A stretch of DNA of 53,182 nt from Verrucomicrobiota bacterium (GTDB taxonomy: Bacteria; Verrucomicrobiota; Verrucomicrobiia; Chthoniobacterales; UBA10450). A model generated the notes under the pieces. That model saw nothing but the letters and a program-made list of their open reading frames with translations, was not told the DNA's origin and searched no databases. Location: assembly GCA_003218815.1 (NCBI GenBank), contig QHON01000171.1:1-53182 (forward strand). The letters are read 5' to 3'. The translations under genes and the position numbers were made by a program. Each line of letters opens with the position of its first letter. Within the stretch, counting starts at the first letter, position 1. Positions 1-8,195 of this stretch are shown piece by piece.

Positions 1-1
1 C

Positions 2-535
2 TTTATCCCAATCGCAATCAATCTTGGTCTAAAACCGTACCAGCAGCAACGAATCACCGCCTTTACTCATCCCGATATCGACAAGCAAGGAGCAGCCTGG
101 GCGATCAATCAGTCGCTCATTGCGATTGGGTCGGGCGGCTGGTCGGGAAAAGGATTCAGGGCACCAAATACCCAAATCGAGCTTGGGTTTTTGCCCGCGA
201 CGGCAGTACACAACGATTACATTTTTTCCGCGATTGGCGAGCAGTGGGGATTTGTCGGAGGGATGTTTCTCATCGGCGCGTTTTCCCTGCTACTGTTAAC
301 CTGTCTCTTCGTCGCATTTGTTGCGGGCGATCAATTGGGCTTACTCCTGGCCATTGGATTTACTGCGCTCATCTTCACCCATATCTTTCAGAATATGGGT
401 ATGACGATCTCGATGCTGCCAATCACGGGCGTGCCGCTGCCGTTGATCAGTTACAGCGGCTCATTCGTGCTGATGATCATGTTTGGACTCGGACTTGTGA
501 ACAGCGTTTGGGTCCACCGACACGCCGTCCCTTAA
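2..535 (+). CDS. rodA: SEDS-family (FtsW/RodA/SpoVE) peptidoglycan polymerase, RodA-like, C-terminal part; 5' end lies outside the window
   Basis: The frame is open from the window edge to TAA at 533-535. The translation ...IAIGSGGWSGKGF...FLPATAVHNDYIFSAIGEQWGFVGG...LPITGVPLPLISYSGS matches conserved SEDS C-terminal motifs, closest to the RodA pattern. Confidence 0.8.
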   Translation, partial: FIPIAINLGLKPYQQQRITAFTHPDIDKQGAAWAINQSLIAIGSGGWSGKGFRAPNTQIELGFLPATAVHNDYIFSAIGEQWGFVGGMFLIGAFSLLLLTCLFVAFVAGDQLGLLLAIGFTALIFTHIFQNMGMTISMLPITGVPLPLISYSGSFVLMIMFGLGLVNSVWVHRHAVP

Positions 536-632
536 TTCTGGGAAAAATTTTCCGCAGATCGACAACACGCAGCAAATTGGTCGGTCGCCGGCGTTTACTT
601 TACGCGATCGGTTGCCTAGAGTCGCGCAACGC

Positions 633-1358
633 ATGGAAGGCGATTACAAGGTCAAGCTCGAGGTTTTCGAAGGACCGCTCGATCTCCTGCTTTACCTGAT
701 TAAACAGGATGAGATCGACATCTATGACGTTTCGCTTGAACGCATCACTCGCCAGTACCTCGAATATCTTCAAGCGTTCAAGGAGTTGAATATCGAACTC
801 GCTGGCGAGTTCATCGTTATGGCAGCAAACCTCATTTACCTGAAAAGCCGCAGCCTGCTGCCCGTCGATCAACAACCGCCCGAAGAGGATGCCGGGGAAG
901 ATGATCCGCGCTGGGATTTAATTCGGCAACTGGTCGAATACAAAAAATTCAAGGAAGCGGCTGCGCAATTGCATCTGCGCGAGCTCGAACAAGAACGCAT
1001 TTTCGCGCGCACAGGAGGTTCGTCTCCGGACCGCGAACAGCCGCTTCGGCTGAGCGAGGTTGGAATTTTCCAGCTGATCAATGCATTCCAAACGGTGATC
1101 AAGCGAGTGGAGGCGCGGCACGACGTGCAGGAGATTTTTGGCGAGCGTTTTAGCGTCTCGGAAAAGATCGATACAATTTTGAAGCGGGTAGCAGACGGCG
1201 CCGCTATTCGCTTCTCAGATTTGTTTGGCGCCGTCGTCTCGCGGGTCGAAGTCGCTGTGACTTTCCTCGCCCTTCTGGAATTGATTCGTCTTAAACAAGT
1301 CCGCGCGATCCAGAAGAGCGTCTTTGACGAAATCGAAATCGCCCCGGCCGCGGCGTAA
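633..1358 (+). CDS. scpA: Segregation and condensation protein A (kleisin ScpA)
   Basis: ATG at 633 is in frame with track ORF 612..1358. KVKLEVFEGPLDLLLYLIKQDEIDIYDVSLERIT is the typical ScpA N-terminus, and the length is about 240 aa. Confidence 0.85.
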   Translation: MEGDYKVKLEVFEGPLDLLLYLIKQDEIDIYDVSLERITRQYLEYLQAFKELNIELAGEFIVMAANLIYLKSRSLLPVDQQPPEEDAGEDDPRWDLIRQLVEYKKFKEAAAQLHLRELEQERIFARTGGSSPDREQPLRLSEVGIFQLINAFQTVIKRVEARHDVQEIFGERFSVSEKIDTILKRVADGAAIRFSDLFGAVVSRVEVAVTFLALLELIRLKQVRAIQKSVFDEIEIAPAAA

Positions 1359-1371
1359 ACGTGGCAAGTCG

Positions 1372-2226
1372 ATGGCGCGAATTCTGATCGCCGGATGCGG
1401 TTATGTTGGGCAGGCAACCGCAGATTTGTTCCACGAGGCGGGCTGGACGGTGGAAGGCTGGACGTGTTCGCGAGAATCAGCTGGCCGCCTTGCCGGTAAG
1501 CCTTATCCGGTTTACGCGCTCGATATCACAAACCGGGTTCAGGTTTGTACGCGTGCCGCGACATTTGACGCCGTAATCCATTGCGCCAGTTCCGGCGGCG
1601 GCGACGCCGATACTTATCATCAAATTTACTTAAACGGCGCACGCAATCTTCTGGATCGATTCAATGGTTCGATAGTCGTTTTTACCAGCAGCAGCAGTGT
1701 CTACGCGCAAACGGATGGATCGTGGGTTACCGAAGAGAGTGAGACCAAACCGACGCGCGAAACGGGCCGAACACTTCTCGAAACAGAAAACCTGGTCCTC
1801 GTCCACGGCGGCATCGTCGCGCGGCTCGCCGGAATTTACGGACCCGGACGGTCGGCGTTGCTAAGCAAGTTCCTATCTGGCGAAGCGACTGTCGATCCGG
1901 AATGCGATCGGTTTATTAACCAAGTGCATCGAGACGACATCGCCGCCGCTCTCTTGTTTTTGTTAGATCGACAACCTCAAGAAAAACAAATTTATAACGT
2001 GGTTGACGACCAGCCGATTCGACAAAGCGAATGTTACCGCTGGTTGGCGGAGAAATTGAATCGTCCACTTCCGTCTGTCGGAAAATCGACGCGGCGATAT
2101 AAGCGCGGCGACAGCAATAAACGTGTGAGCAATGCAAAACTGCGCAAGCTTGGCTGGACACCGCGATACCCGTCATTTGCAGACGCGATGAAAAAAAGCA
2201 TTTTGGCAAGCTTCGGTCAGTTTTGA
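1372..2226 (+). CDS. NAD(P)-binding epimerase/dehydratase-family (extended SDR) protein
   Basis: The internal ATG at 1372 gives MARILIAGCGYVGQ, a Rossmann GxGxxG motif. The rest resembles NAD-dependent epimerases. The 3' end overlaps the convergent ABC gene by 10 nt. Confidence 0.7.
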   Translation: MARILIAGCGYVGQATADLFHEAGWTVEGWTCSRESAGRLAGKPYPVYALDITNRVQVCTRAATFDAVIHCASSGGGDADTYHQIYLNGARNLLDRFNGSIVVFTSSSSVYAQTDGSWVTEESETKPTRETGRTLLETENLVLVHGGIVARLAGIYGPGRSALLSKFLSGEATVDPECDRFINQVHRDDIAAALLFLLDRQPQEKQIYNVVDDQPIRQSECYRWLAEKLNRPLPSVGKSTRRYKRGDSNKRVSNAKLRKLGWTPRYPSFADAMKKSILASFGQF

Positions 2227-3224
2227 CCGTCTCGTTCCGAACTGGCTTTGCCAGCTCGCTCACCAAAAAGCTGGCGGATCACTTCTTCGACGGGCACTTC
2301 TTGGACATTGATGTCGCTGACATAACAAGCTTCGAGAAGTTGTCGGCATGTCTCAGTGACTTTTCCGCGCGGCACCTTCAATTGGATAGAAACCGGCGTT
2401 TGTTCGATCACTTCGCCAAATGCTGAAAAGTCGCGCGTAGCCTCTTTCTCGAAGGTCAGACTGACAAGTTTGTAGCCGGAGAACCGATCGATAATCTTTG
2501 TGAGTGGTCCGTCGAAAAAGATTTTGCCGTGATCAATGATAAGAACGCGATCGCAGAGTTCTTCGATGTCCTGCATGTAATGGCTCGTCAGCAGCGTAAC
2601 GATACGATGCTCCTCATTATAGATGCGTAGAAATTCGCGAACGCGCTTTTGACTGACGACATCGAGTCCAATGGTCGGCTCATCGAGAAAAAGAACACGC
2701 GGCTGATGAATGAGCGCGGAGATGAGCTCCATCTTCATTCGTTCGCCTAAGGACAATTCGCGCACCATCACATTCATTTTGTCCTGGACTTCAAGAAGCT
2801 CCGATAATCCGTCGACGACCTGTTTAAAGCGCATGCGATCGATTCCATAGATGGCGCGATTGAGCTCGAGCGATTCCTGAGCGGGCAGGTCCCACCAGAG
2901 CGCATTCTTCTGACCCATCACGAGACTGAACTGCCGCTTCATTTCGTTGCGCCGTTCCCAGGGAACGAAGCCGAGCACGCGCGCATCACCTGAAGTCGGA
3001 TTCAACAACCCCGAAAGCATCTTGAGGACGGTGGTTTTACCTGCGCCGTTCGGGCCGAGAAAGCCAACAAACTCGCCTTGCTCGATTTGAAACGAAACAT
3101 CGTCTGCCGCCCGCGTTTCATCGTGGCGGCGCTTTATCAAACCTTTGATCGAACCCCAAAGGCCGCGCTCCTTGCGGTAAGTCCGATAGATTTTGGTTAA
3201 TCCAGATGCTTCGATCGCAGGCAT
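2217..3224 (-). CDS. ABC transporter ATP-binding protein (ABC-2/COG4586-like), no permease adjacent
   Basis: Walker A GPNGAGKTT, signature LSLGERMK and Walker B LFLDEPTIGLD are present. ATG at 3224 (MPAIEASGLTKIY) is preferred over the track TTG at 3230. Confidence 0.85.
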   Translation of the reverse strand: MPAIEASGLTKIYRTYRKERGLWGSIKGLIKRRHDETRAADDVSFQIEQGEFVGFLGPNGAGKTTVLKMLSGLLNPTSGDARVLGFVPWERRNEMKRQFSLVMGQKNALWWDLPAQESLELNRAIYGIDRMRFKQVVDGLSELLEVQDKMNVMVRELSLGERMKMELISALIHQPRVLFLDEPTIGLDVVSQKRVREFLRIYNEEHRIVTLLTSHYMQDIEELCDRVLIIDHGKIFFDGPLTKIIDRFSGYKLVSLTFEKEATRDFSAFGEVIEQTPVSIQLKVPRGKVTETCRQLLEACYVSDINVQEVPVEEVIRQLFGERAGKASSERDGQN

Positions 3225-3382
3225 AAACAAGGATAAAGATGAAGGACAGCGTTGAAGCTACGCTGCGATGGTTGCGAGCAAAACTCGAACTGGAAGCGCT
3301 TTCGGAAGCGAAGGCGTCGTTGGCTTTTTAATTCGCATCGCGCCCGACCATTTCGCGATTAAGATTCGTCTCGATCAAGCCG

Positions 3383-3862
3383 ATGCGTTCCGAACTGCCG
3401 CCTGAAGAAGATCACCCTGGCGTTCCCATTGCGCCGCCGCTTCTATTCGTCCTGCCGATCCTCGCGTCTCTTGCGCTCGAATGGTTTGTTCCGACCAGCT
3501 TCGTGCATGGAGCGGTCCGATGGACATTTGGAGCGCTGTTTTTCGTCGCCGGAATTGCGCTGAACATTGGCGGATTTATTACGTAGAAGCGCGCCGGCAC
3601 TGATCCTATCCCGTTCAATCCGAGCACGCGCATCGTCGCGCACGGACTGTATGGCTTCACCCGCAACCCGATGTCCATCGGTTTCGCTTTGTGGACCCTT
3701 GGGCTGGCGATCCTGGTGGATTCCGCATGAATGCTCCTCGCCGGGCCCATCGGCCTAGTCCTGATCGATCGCATCGTCATCACGCGCGAAGAACGCTATC
3801 TCGAGCGCAAGTTCGGAAAGGAATATCTCAACTACAAACGCCGTGTCCGGCGCTGGATCTAG
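3383..3862 (+). pseudogene. ICMT/PEMT-family membrane methyltransferase interrupted by two in-frame stop codons
   Basis: A single reading frame (positions = 2 mod 3) runs from ATG 3383 to TAG 3860-3862. It contains TAG at 3584-3586 and TGA at 3728-3730. The segments after each stop keep the family motifs: HGLYGFTRNPMSIGFALW and ITREERYLERKFGKEYLNYKRRVRRWI. Confidence 0.65.
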
Positions 3863-3984
3863 TGTTGACTGCGCTGATAGGATTCGACTTGCCGCCCTCG
3901 AATATGAAAAGCGCACGAAACCACGTGCCTAATTCTTGGGTCACAGATTTACCGCGATCACTCAACCAACTCAAAAGCACACTT

Positions 3985-5055
3985 TCACAAACAATCATCG
4001 AGACAGTGCAGCAAACGCGTAACTGTCTCTTCGGTTTCGTCGCCCATATTGGAGAGGCGGAAGGTTTTGCCCTGAATTTTACCGTAGCCGGGATCGATGA
4101 CGAGATGATGTTTTCCGCGCAGTTTTTTCGCCAGTTCCAAAACGTCGATGCCTTGGTTGTTTTTCACGCAAGTGAGTGTCTTTGAGCGGTAACCTTCTTC
4201 GGCAAAGAAATCGAATCCGGTTCGTTTCACCCAATCGTGGACGAGCGCATTGGTGCGGGCATGTCGATCGAAGCGCGTTTCGAGCCCTTCTTCGAAAATT
4301 TCGTCGAGCTTTGATTGCAGCGCGTGAATATGCGCGATGCTTGGTGTGCTTGGCGTCACCCATTCTTTTTGCTGTTTTTTGAACTCGAGAAAATCGAAAT
4401 AGAAGCCGCGGTTCGGAATTTTCTCGGCTCGCGCGAATCCCTTTTCGGAAACTGAAAAGAGCGAGAAGCCGGGCGGCAGTGCGAGCGCTTTCTGCGCGCC
4501 GGTGAGCATGACGTCGATGCCGAGCGCATCCATGTCGATTTTGATTCCGGAGAACGATGAGACGGTGTCCAGGATAAGGACCACGTCGGGGTATTTCGCG
4601 AGGACGCCGCAGATTTCGCCAAGCGGATTCATCACACTGGTCGAAGTTTCATTGTGAACCAAGGTGACGGTATCAAACTTTCCGGTCGCTAGATGTCGAT
4701 CCACTGCTTTGTGATCGATGTGTTTCCCCCAATCGACCTGCAATGGCTCGGCGTTTTTGCCGCAGCGCTTGGCGACGTCGAACCATTTGTCGGAAAAGGC
4801 GCCGCACATGCAATTGACCACGCCGCGACCGACCAGGTTGCGGATTGATGCTTCCATCACGCCCCACGCCGAGGACGTGGATAGAAAAACCGGCTGATTC
4901 GTATTGAATAATTTCTGAAGACCTGGGTGAATCGCGCGGTAAAGGTTTTTAAAATCGTCTCCGCGATGGCTGATCATCGGCCGCGAGAATGCTGCCCACG
5001 TTTTCGGGGAGACCTCGACAGGACCTGGGGTGAAGAGTTTGTCGTGCGGTTGCAT
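3985..5055 (-). CDS. Class V pyridoxal-phosphate aminotransferase (alanine/serine-glyoxylate aminotransferase-like)
   Basis: The internal ATG at 5055 gives MQPHDKLFTPGPVEVSP, the typical class V N-terminus. The PLP-lysine context is TGAQKALALPPG. Confidence 0.8.
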   Translation of the reverse strand: MQPHDKLFTPGPVEVSPKTWAAFSRPMISHRGDDFKNLYRAIHPGLQKLFNTNQPVFLSTSSAWGVMEASIRNLVGRGVVNCMCGAFSDKWFDVAKRCGKNAEPLQVDWGKHIDHKAVDRHLATGKFDTVTLVHNETSTSVMNPLGEICGVLAKYPDVVLILDTVSSFSGIKIDMDALGIDVMLTGAQKALALPPGFSLFSVSEKGFARAEKIPNRGFYFDFLEFKKQQKEWVTPSTPSIAHIHALQSKLDEIFEEGLETRFDRHARTNALVHDWVKRTGFDFFAEEGYRSKTLTCVKNNQGIDVLELAKKLRGKHHLVIDPGYGKIQGKTFRLSNMGDETEETVTRLLHCLDDCL

Positions 5056-5143
5056 CAGGCAAACGTCGAACACCGAACCCGCCTTCGCAAGGCGACGGCG
5101 TGGCAGGCCCTCAACGTCCAATATCGAAATTCAGGCTGCGTGA

Positions 5144-5659
5144 TTATTTGCAAATGAAGCTAATTCCACCGCTGCGTTCGAGGCGTGCGCTTTGGATCCG
5201 CTTGAAGTCGGCAGAGTGCAACTCGAGTCGCAAATCTTCCTCGAGATCGTGTCTCGTGACGTGGTTAGTACGCAACCCTCGATCCACCAATTGTCCGTCG
5301 TGGATGAGAACTTCCTCTGTGCCTTTGATGAGATTGCCGAAGCCATGCGAATAGTAGGCAATCCAGGCCAGCAATCGATGAAATGCAACCATCGCAAACC
5401 CGCCGCCGACTGTCGGGAGCAGATCCGCTGATCCATTGATTGCGCGTGCGAGCACCGAGGCGAGGATCACTAGAAACACGCTGTCGAAAACGGTGCGGCG
5501 TGCGAGCGATCGGCGCGCACTGATTCGCACCATCAAAAGCGTGAACATGAAAACGATGATTCCGCGCAGTGAAATTTGCACGAAGGTGAGTGTCTGCGGT
5601 TCGGCGCCGAGGCCGAGAAACACGCGGACCGGGGTCCAATATTCTTGCCATAGGTTCAT
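5144..5659 (-). CDS. DUF421 (YetF-like) membrane protein
   Basis: N-terminal TM helices are followed by LIKGTEEVLIHDGQLVDRGLRTNHVTRHDLEEDLR...ARLERSGGISF, which is characteristic of the YetF/DUF421 C-terminal domain. Confidence 0.7.
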   Translation of the reverse strand: MNLWQEYWTPVRVFLGLGAEPQTLTFVQISLRGIIVFMFTLLMVRISARRSLARRTVFDSVFLVILASVLARAINGSADLLPTVGGGFAMVAFHRLLAWIAYYSHGFGNLIKGTEEVLIHDGQLVDRGLRTNHVTRHDLEEDLRLELHSADFKRIQSARLERSGGISFICK

Positions 5660-5728
5660 GTCGTAGAGTTAACACATTCCGCGACACTGCGCGCAAGGCC
5701 GGGCGCGAGTCGCGAAGCGAAGTGATAA

Positions 5729-6160
5729 ATGGACGACCACTCCAACGAGATGACGAATGCTCAACACGAAAAGGGGCGGCTCGACCCGGACAAGATCGAA
5801 GCTGAGATTCTCGCGAACGAGCGAACGTTTCTTGCCTGGGTGCGGACCAGCATCGCTGTGATGAGTTTGGGGTTTGTGATTGCGCGATTCAGCCTTTGGA
5901 TGCGCGAGATGTCTTCCGGCGTTGGTTCAACCATCCGCATACGCCACACCGGCATCTCTGAAGCGCTGGGGGAATGCATGATCGGCCTAGGAGGCATGCT
6001 TACGGCTTTCGCGGCGTGGCGATATCGCGTGGTCAATCGGGCAATCGAACGGGGCAGGATTCAAGCCGATCCGCGCATGGTCATTGCAATCACCGCCATT
6101 ATTCTGACCGCTGCTGTGGCTGTGATTGTCTATATGATTATTTCGACAGCCGCGGTATGA
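5729..6160 (+). CDS. DUF202 (YidH-like) small membrane protein
   Basis: The NERTFLAWVRTSIAVMSLGFVIARF motif and three TM helices are typical of DUF202. Confidence 0.7.
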   Translation: MDDHSNEMTNAQHEKGRLDPDKIEAEILANERTFLAWVRTSIAVMSLGFVIARFSLWMREMSSGVGSTIRIRHTGISEALGECMIGLGGMLTAFAAWRYRVVNRAIERGRIQADPRMVIAITAIILTAAVAVIVYMIISTAAV

Positions 6161-6284
6161 CCTCGGCGGCTTCCCAATCAAGCGAACGAACGACCGCGTA
6201 GTGCTTGCGCAAAAAAGCCTCGCATGGCATAAGACGACGCTCGCACGGTTCGAATCGCCGAAAGTAGCAGTTAATATCGAGTTT

Positions 6285-7001
6285 ATGCCGACGGCCACGC
6301 CTTCTTCCCGAGATGCAGCGCTAGAAACGCGCGTCTTTTGGGAGCGATTCAAAACTGAGATCATCGCAGTGTTAATCATCGCCGTGCTCGCCATCCTCGG
6401 TTTCGCAGGTTATCGCTTTTATTCGGATCGCCGAGCTGCAGCGGCGTCGGCTTTGTTGGCCCGTGCAAAGAGCGCGGAAGCGTATCAAGAGGTGATTGTG
6501 AACTATCCGAACACGCCGGCAAGTGCGGATGCTTGTCTTCTGCTTGCCGAGGCTCAGCGCAATCAAAGGAAGTTTACGGAAGCGACCGCGACGCTTCAGG
6601 TTTTCATCAACAAGAATCCGAATCACGAGTTCGTGAGCACGGCAAAAATGGCGATGGCGGCCAACCTGGAGTCAATGGGAAAAAACGATGAAGCGTTGTC
6701 GATCTACCAGCAGATCGCATCGATTTATCCTAACAATTTCAATGCGCCGCTGGCGTTGCTTTCACAAGTCTACCTTTTGAAGTCCAAAAACCGAATTGAG
6801 GAAGCGCGACGCGTCTGCGAGACGATCTTAACGCGTTACCGGGAGAGTTTTTGGGCCGGCGAGGCGGCCCAGGAATTGCGCTTGTTCAAACCGACCGCCT
6901 CATCGCAGCTACCACCGGCGCAGCCAATCCCGCCATTTTTGGCTGTGCCGAGCTCAACGCCAGCGGCTGCGCTATCTCCGAACAGTCCGAAGCCGAAATA
7001 G
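6285..7001 (+). CDS. Membrane-anchored TPR-like protein (YfgM-like architecture)
   Basis: ATG is at 6285. One TM helix (IIAVLIIAVLAILGFAGYRFY) is followed by TPR-like helical repeats and a Pro-rich tail. Confidence 0.55.
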   Translation: MPTATPSSRDAALETRVFWERFKTEIIAVLIIAVLAILGFAGYRFYSDRRAAAASALLARAKSAEAYQEVIVNYPNTPASADACLLLAEAQRNQRKFTEATATLQVFINKNPNHEFVSTAKMAMAANLESMGKNDEALSIYQQIASIYPNNFNAPLALLSQVYLLKSKNRIEEARRVCETILTRYRESFWAGEAAQELRLFKPTASSQLPPAQPIPPFLAVPSSTPAAALSPNSPKPK

Positions 7002-7074
7002 AGCTGCATAGGCAGGCGTGTCGCCTCCGCGTTTGATTACGGCTGGTAGGGCCGGTATTAAAGCGAACCGTCGA

Positions 7075-7470
7075 TTATCGTTTCGAGAACTGGAAACGTT
7101 TCCGCGCGCCGGGTTGGCCGGATTTTTTTCGCTCTTTCATGCGCGGGTCTCGCCGGAGCAAACCGTCGGCCTTCAGCGTGCCGCGCAAATTAGCATCCAC
7201 TTGAAGGAGTGCGCGCGAAATCGCGAGCCGCACCGCCCCGGCCTGTCCGCTCGCGCCACCACCACTCGCGTTGATCGAGAGGTCGTAGGCATTGACGAGC
7301 TTTGCTGTTTGAAGCGGTTGCAGCACCACGTTCTGCAATGGCCCGGTAGGAAAGTAGTCGTCAAAGCTGCGCCCATTGATGTCGATCTTGCCTGTACCCG
7401 GCATCATGCGGATGCGCGCGACCGACGTCTTACGGCGACCGGTGGCAATAAATTCCTGGATTTGCGGCAT
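7075..7470 (-). CDS. rpsI: 30S ribosomal protein S9
   Basis: ATGRRKTSVARIRM...GGGASGQAGAVRLAISRAL...DPRMKERKKSGQPGARKRFQFSKR is canonical S9. Confidence 0.95.
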   Translation of the reverse strand: MPQIQEFIATGRRKTSVARIRMMPGTGKIDINGRSFDDYFPTGPLQNVVLQPLQTAKLVNAYDLSINASGGGASGQAGAVRLAISRALLQVDANLRGTLKADGLLRRDPRMKERKKSGQPGARKRFQFSKR

Positions 7471-7481
7471 AAGATTAGTGG

Positions 7482-7913
7482 TTAGATAAGTTTAACGGCC
7501 TGCGGCTGTTGCGCGGTATGCGGGTGAGATTCGCCGCGGTAGACCTTCAATTTTCGATAAACTGCGCGACCGAGCCGATTGTGCGGAATCATTCCACGCA
7601 CAGCCCGCTCAACCAGCAATTCCGGATGGCGAACACGCCGCGCCCGGACATTCTCTGATTTGTGACCACCCACGTATCCTGAAAAACTCATGTACCTTTT
7701 CTGCTCTTCTTTTTTTCCGGTCAGTCGCACTTTCTCAGCGTTAATGACAACCACAAAATCACCCGTATCGACATGCGGGGTGAAAATCGTCTTCTCTTTT
7801 CCGCGCAATAAGTTGGCGGCCTTTGCCGCGACTTGACCGAGCACCTGGTTTTTGGCATCGATTACCCACCATTTGCGTTGGACGTCGTGGGCTTTGGCGG
7901 AAAAGGTCTTCAT
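7482..7913 (-). CDS. rplM: 50S ribosomal protein L13
   Basis: The internal ATG at 7913 gives MKTFSAKAHDVQRKWWVIDAKNQVLGQVAAKAANLLRGK. The length is 143 aa. The gene lies upstream of rpsI, the usual operon order. Confidence 0.95.
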   Translation of the reverse strand: MKTFSAKAHDVQRKWWVIDAKNQVLGQVAAKAANLLRGKEKTIFTPHVDTGDFVVVINAEKVRLTGKKEEQKRYMSFSGYVGGHKSENVRARRVRHPELLVERAVRGMIPHNRLGRAVYRKLKVYRGESHPHTAQQPQAVKLI

Positions 7914-7932
7914 TAGAGCGGAAAAGGCACGA

Positions 7933-7961
7933 AAACTACGGGACGTGCTATGGAGTGTCAA
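7933..7961 (-). promoter_or_regulatory. Candidate sigma70-type promoter for rplM-rpsI
   Basis: On the minus strand, TTGACA (7961-7956) is followed by a 17-nt spacer and TAGTTT (7938-7933). This sits about 20 nt upstream of the rplM ATG. Confidence 0.35.
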
Positions 7962-8195
7962 ATACTCGGGCGAGCTGACCCGCTCTTTCCACTTTGTTTG
8001 GCGCGGTCGGGTTTTCACCTCTTTCCGCCAGTGAGTGATCCCGCTGCGCCAAGGGGGAAAGGTTTTTCGGCCGGCCCCCTCATTGGCGAGATAAACCTTG
8101 CCCGCCAAAGTGTTCAGCGGACGAATTTTTAGCTGCTGGCAGCAAATGGTTACTGGTCATTTGTATCGTCGGAGTTTAATTGTTCCCCTCCTCGC

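Noticed and set aside
3239-3331. A 30-codon ORF (MKDSVEATLRWLRAKLELEALSEAKASLAF) with an AAGGA-like SD lies in the spacer before the decayed methyltransferase gene.
   Set aside because: It is too short, and I have no conservation evidence. It could be chance in a 150-bp spacer.
3584-3730. The in-frame TAG and TGA in the methyltransferase gene were considered as pyrrolysine, selenocysteine or reassigned codons.
   Set aside because: TGA terminates clearly complete genes in this window (panC, nadB, SBP56). No Pyl or Sec machinery or SECIS-like hairpin is evident next to the codons. Nonsense mutation is the simpler reading.
6247-6256. GGTTCGAATC looks like a tRNA T-loop.
   Set aside because: The flanks do not form a T-stem, an acceptor stem or an anticodon arm. 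The site also lies in the untranslated or early region of the TPR gene. I found no tRNA cloverleaf anywhere in the window.
7018-7485. A 155-aa plus-strand ORF overlaps rpsI.
   Set aside because: It is antisense to canonical ribosomal protein S9 and has no motifs.
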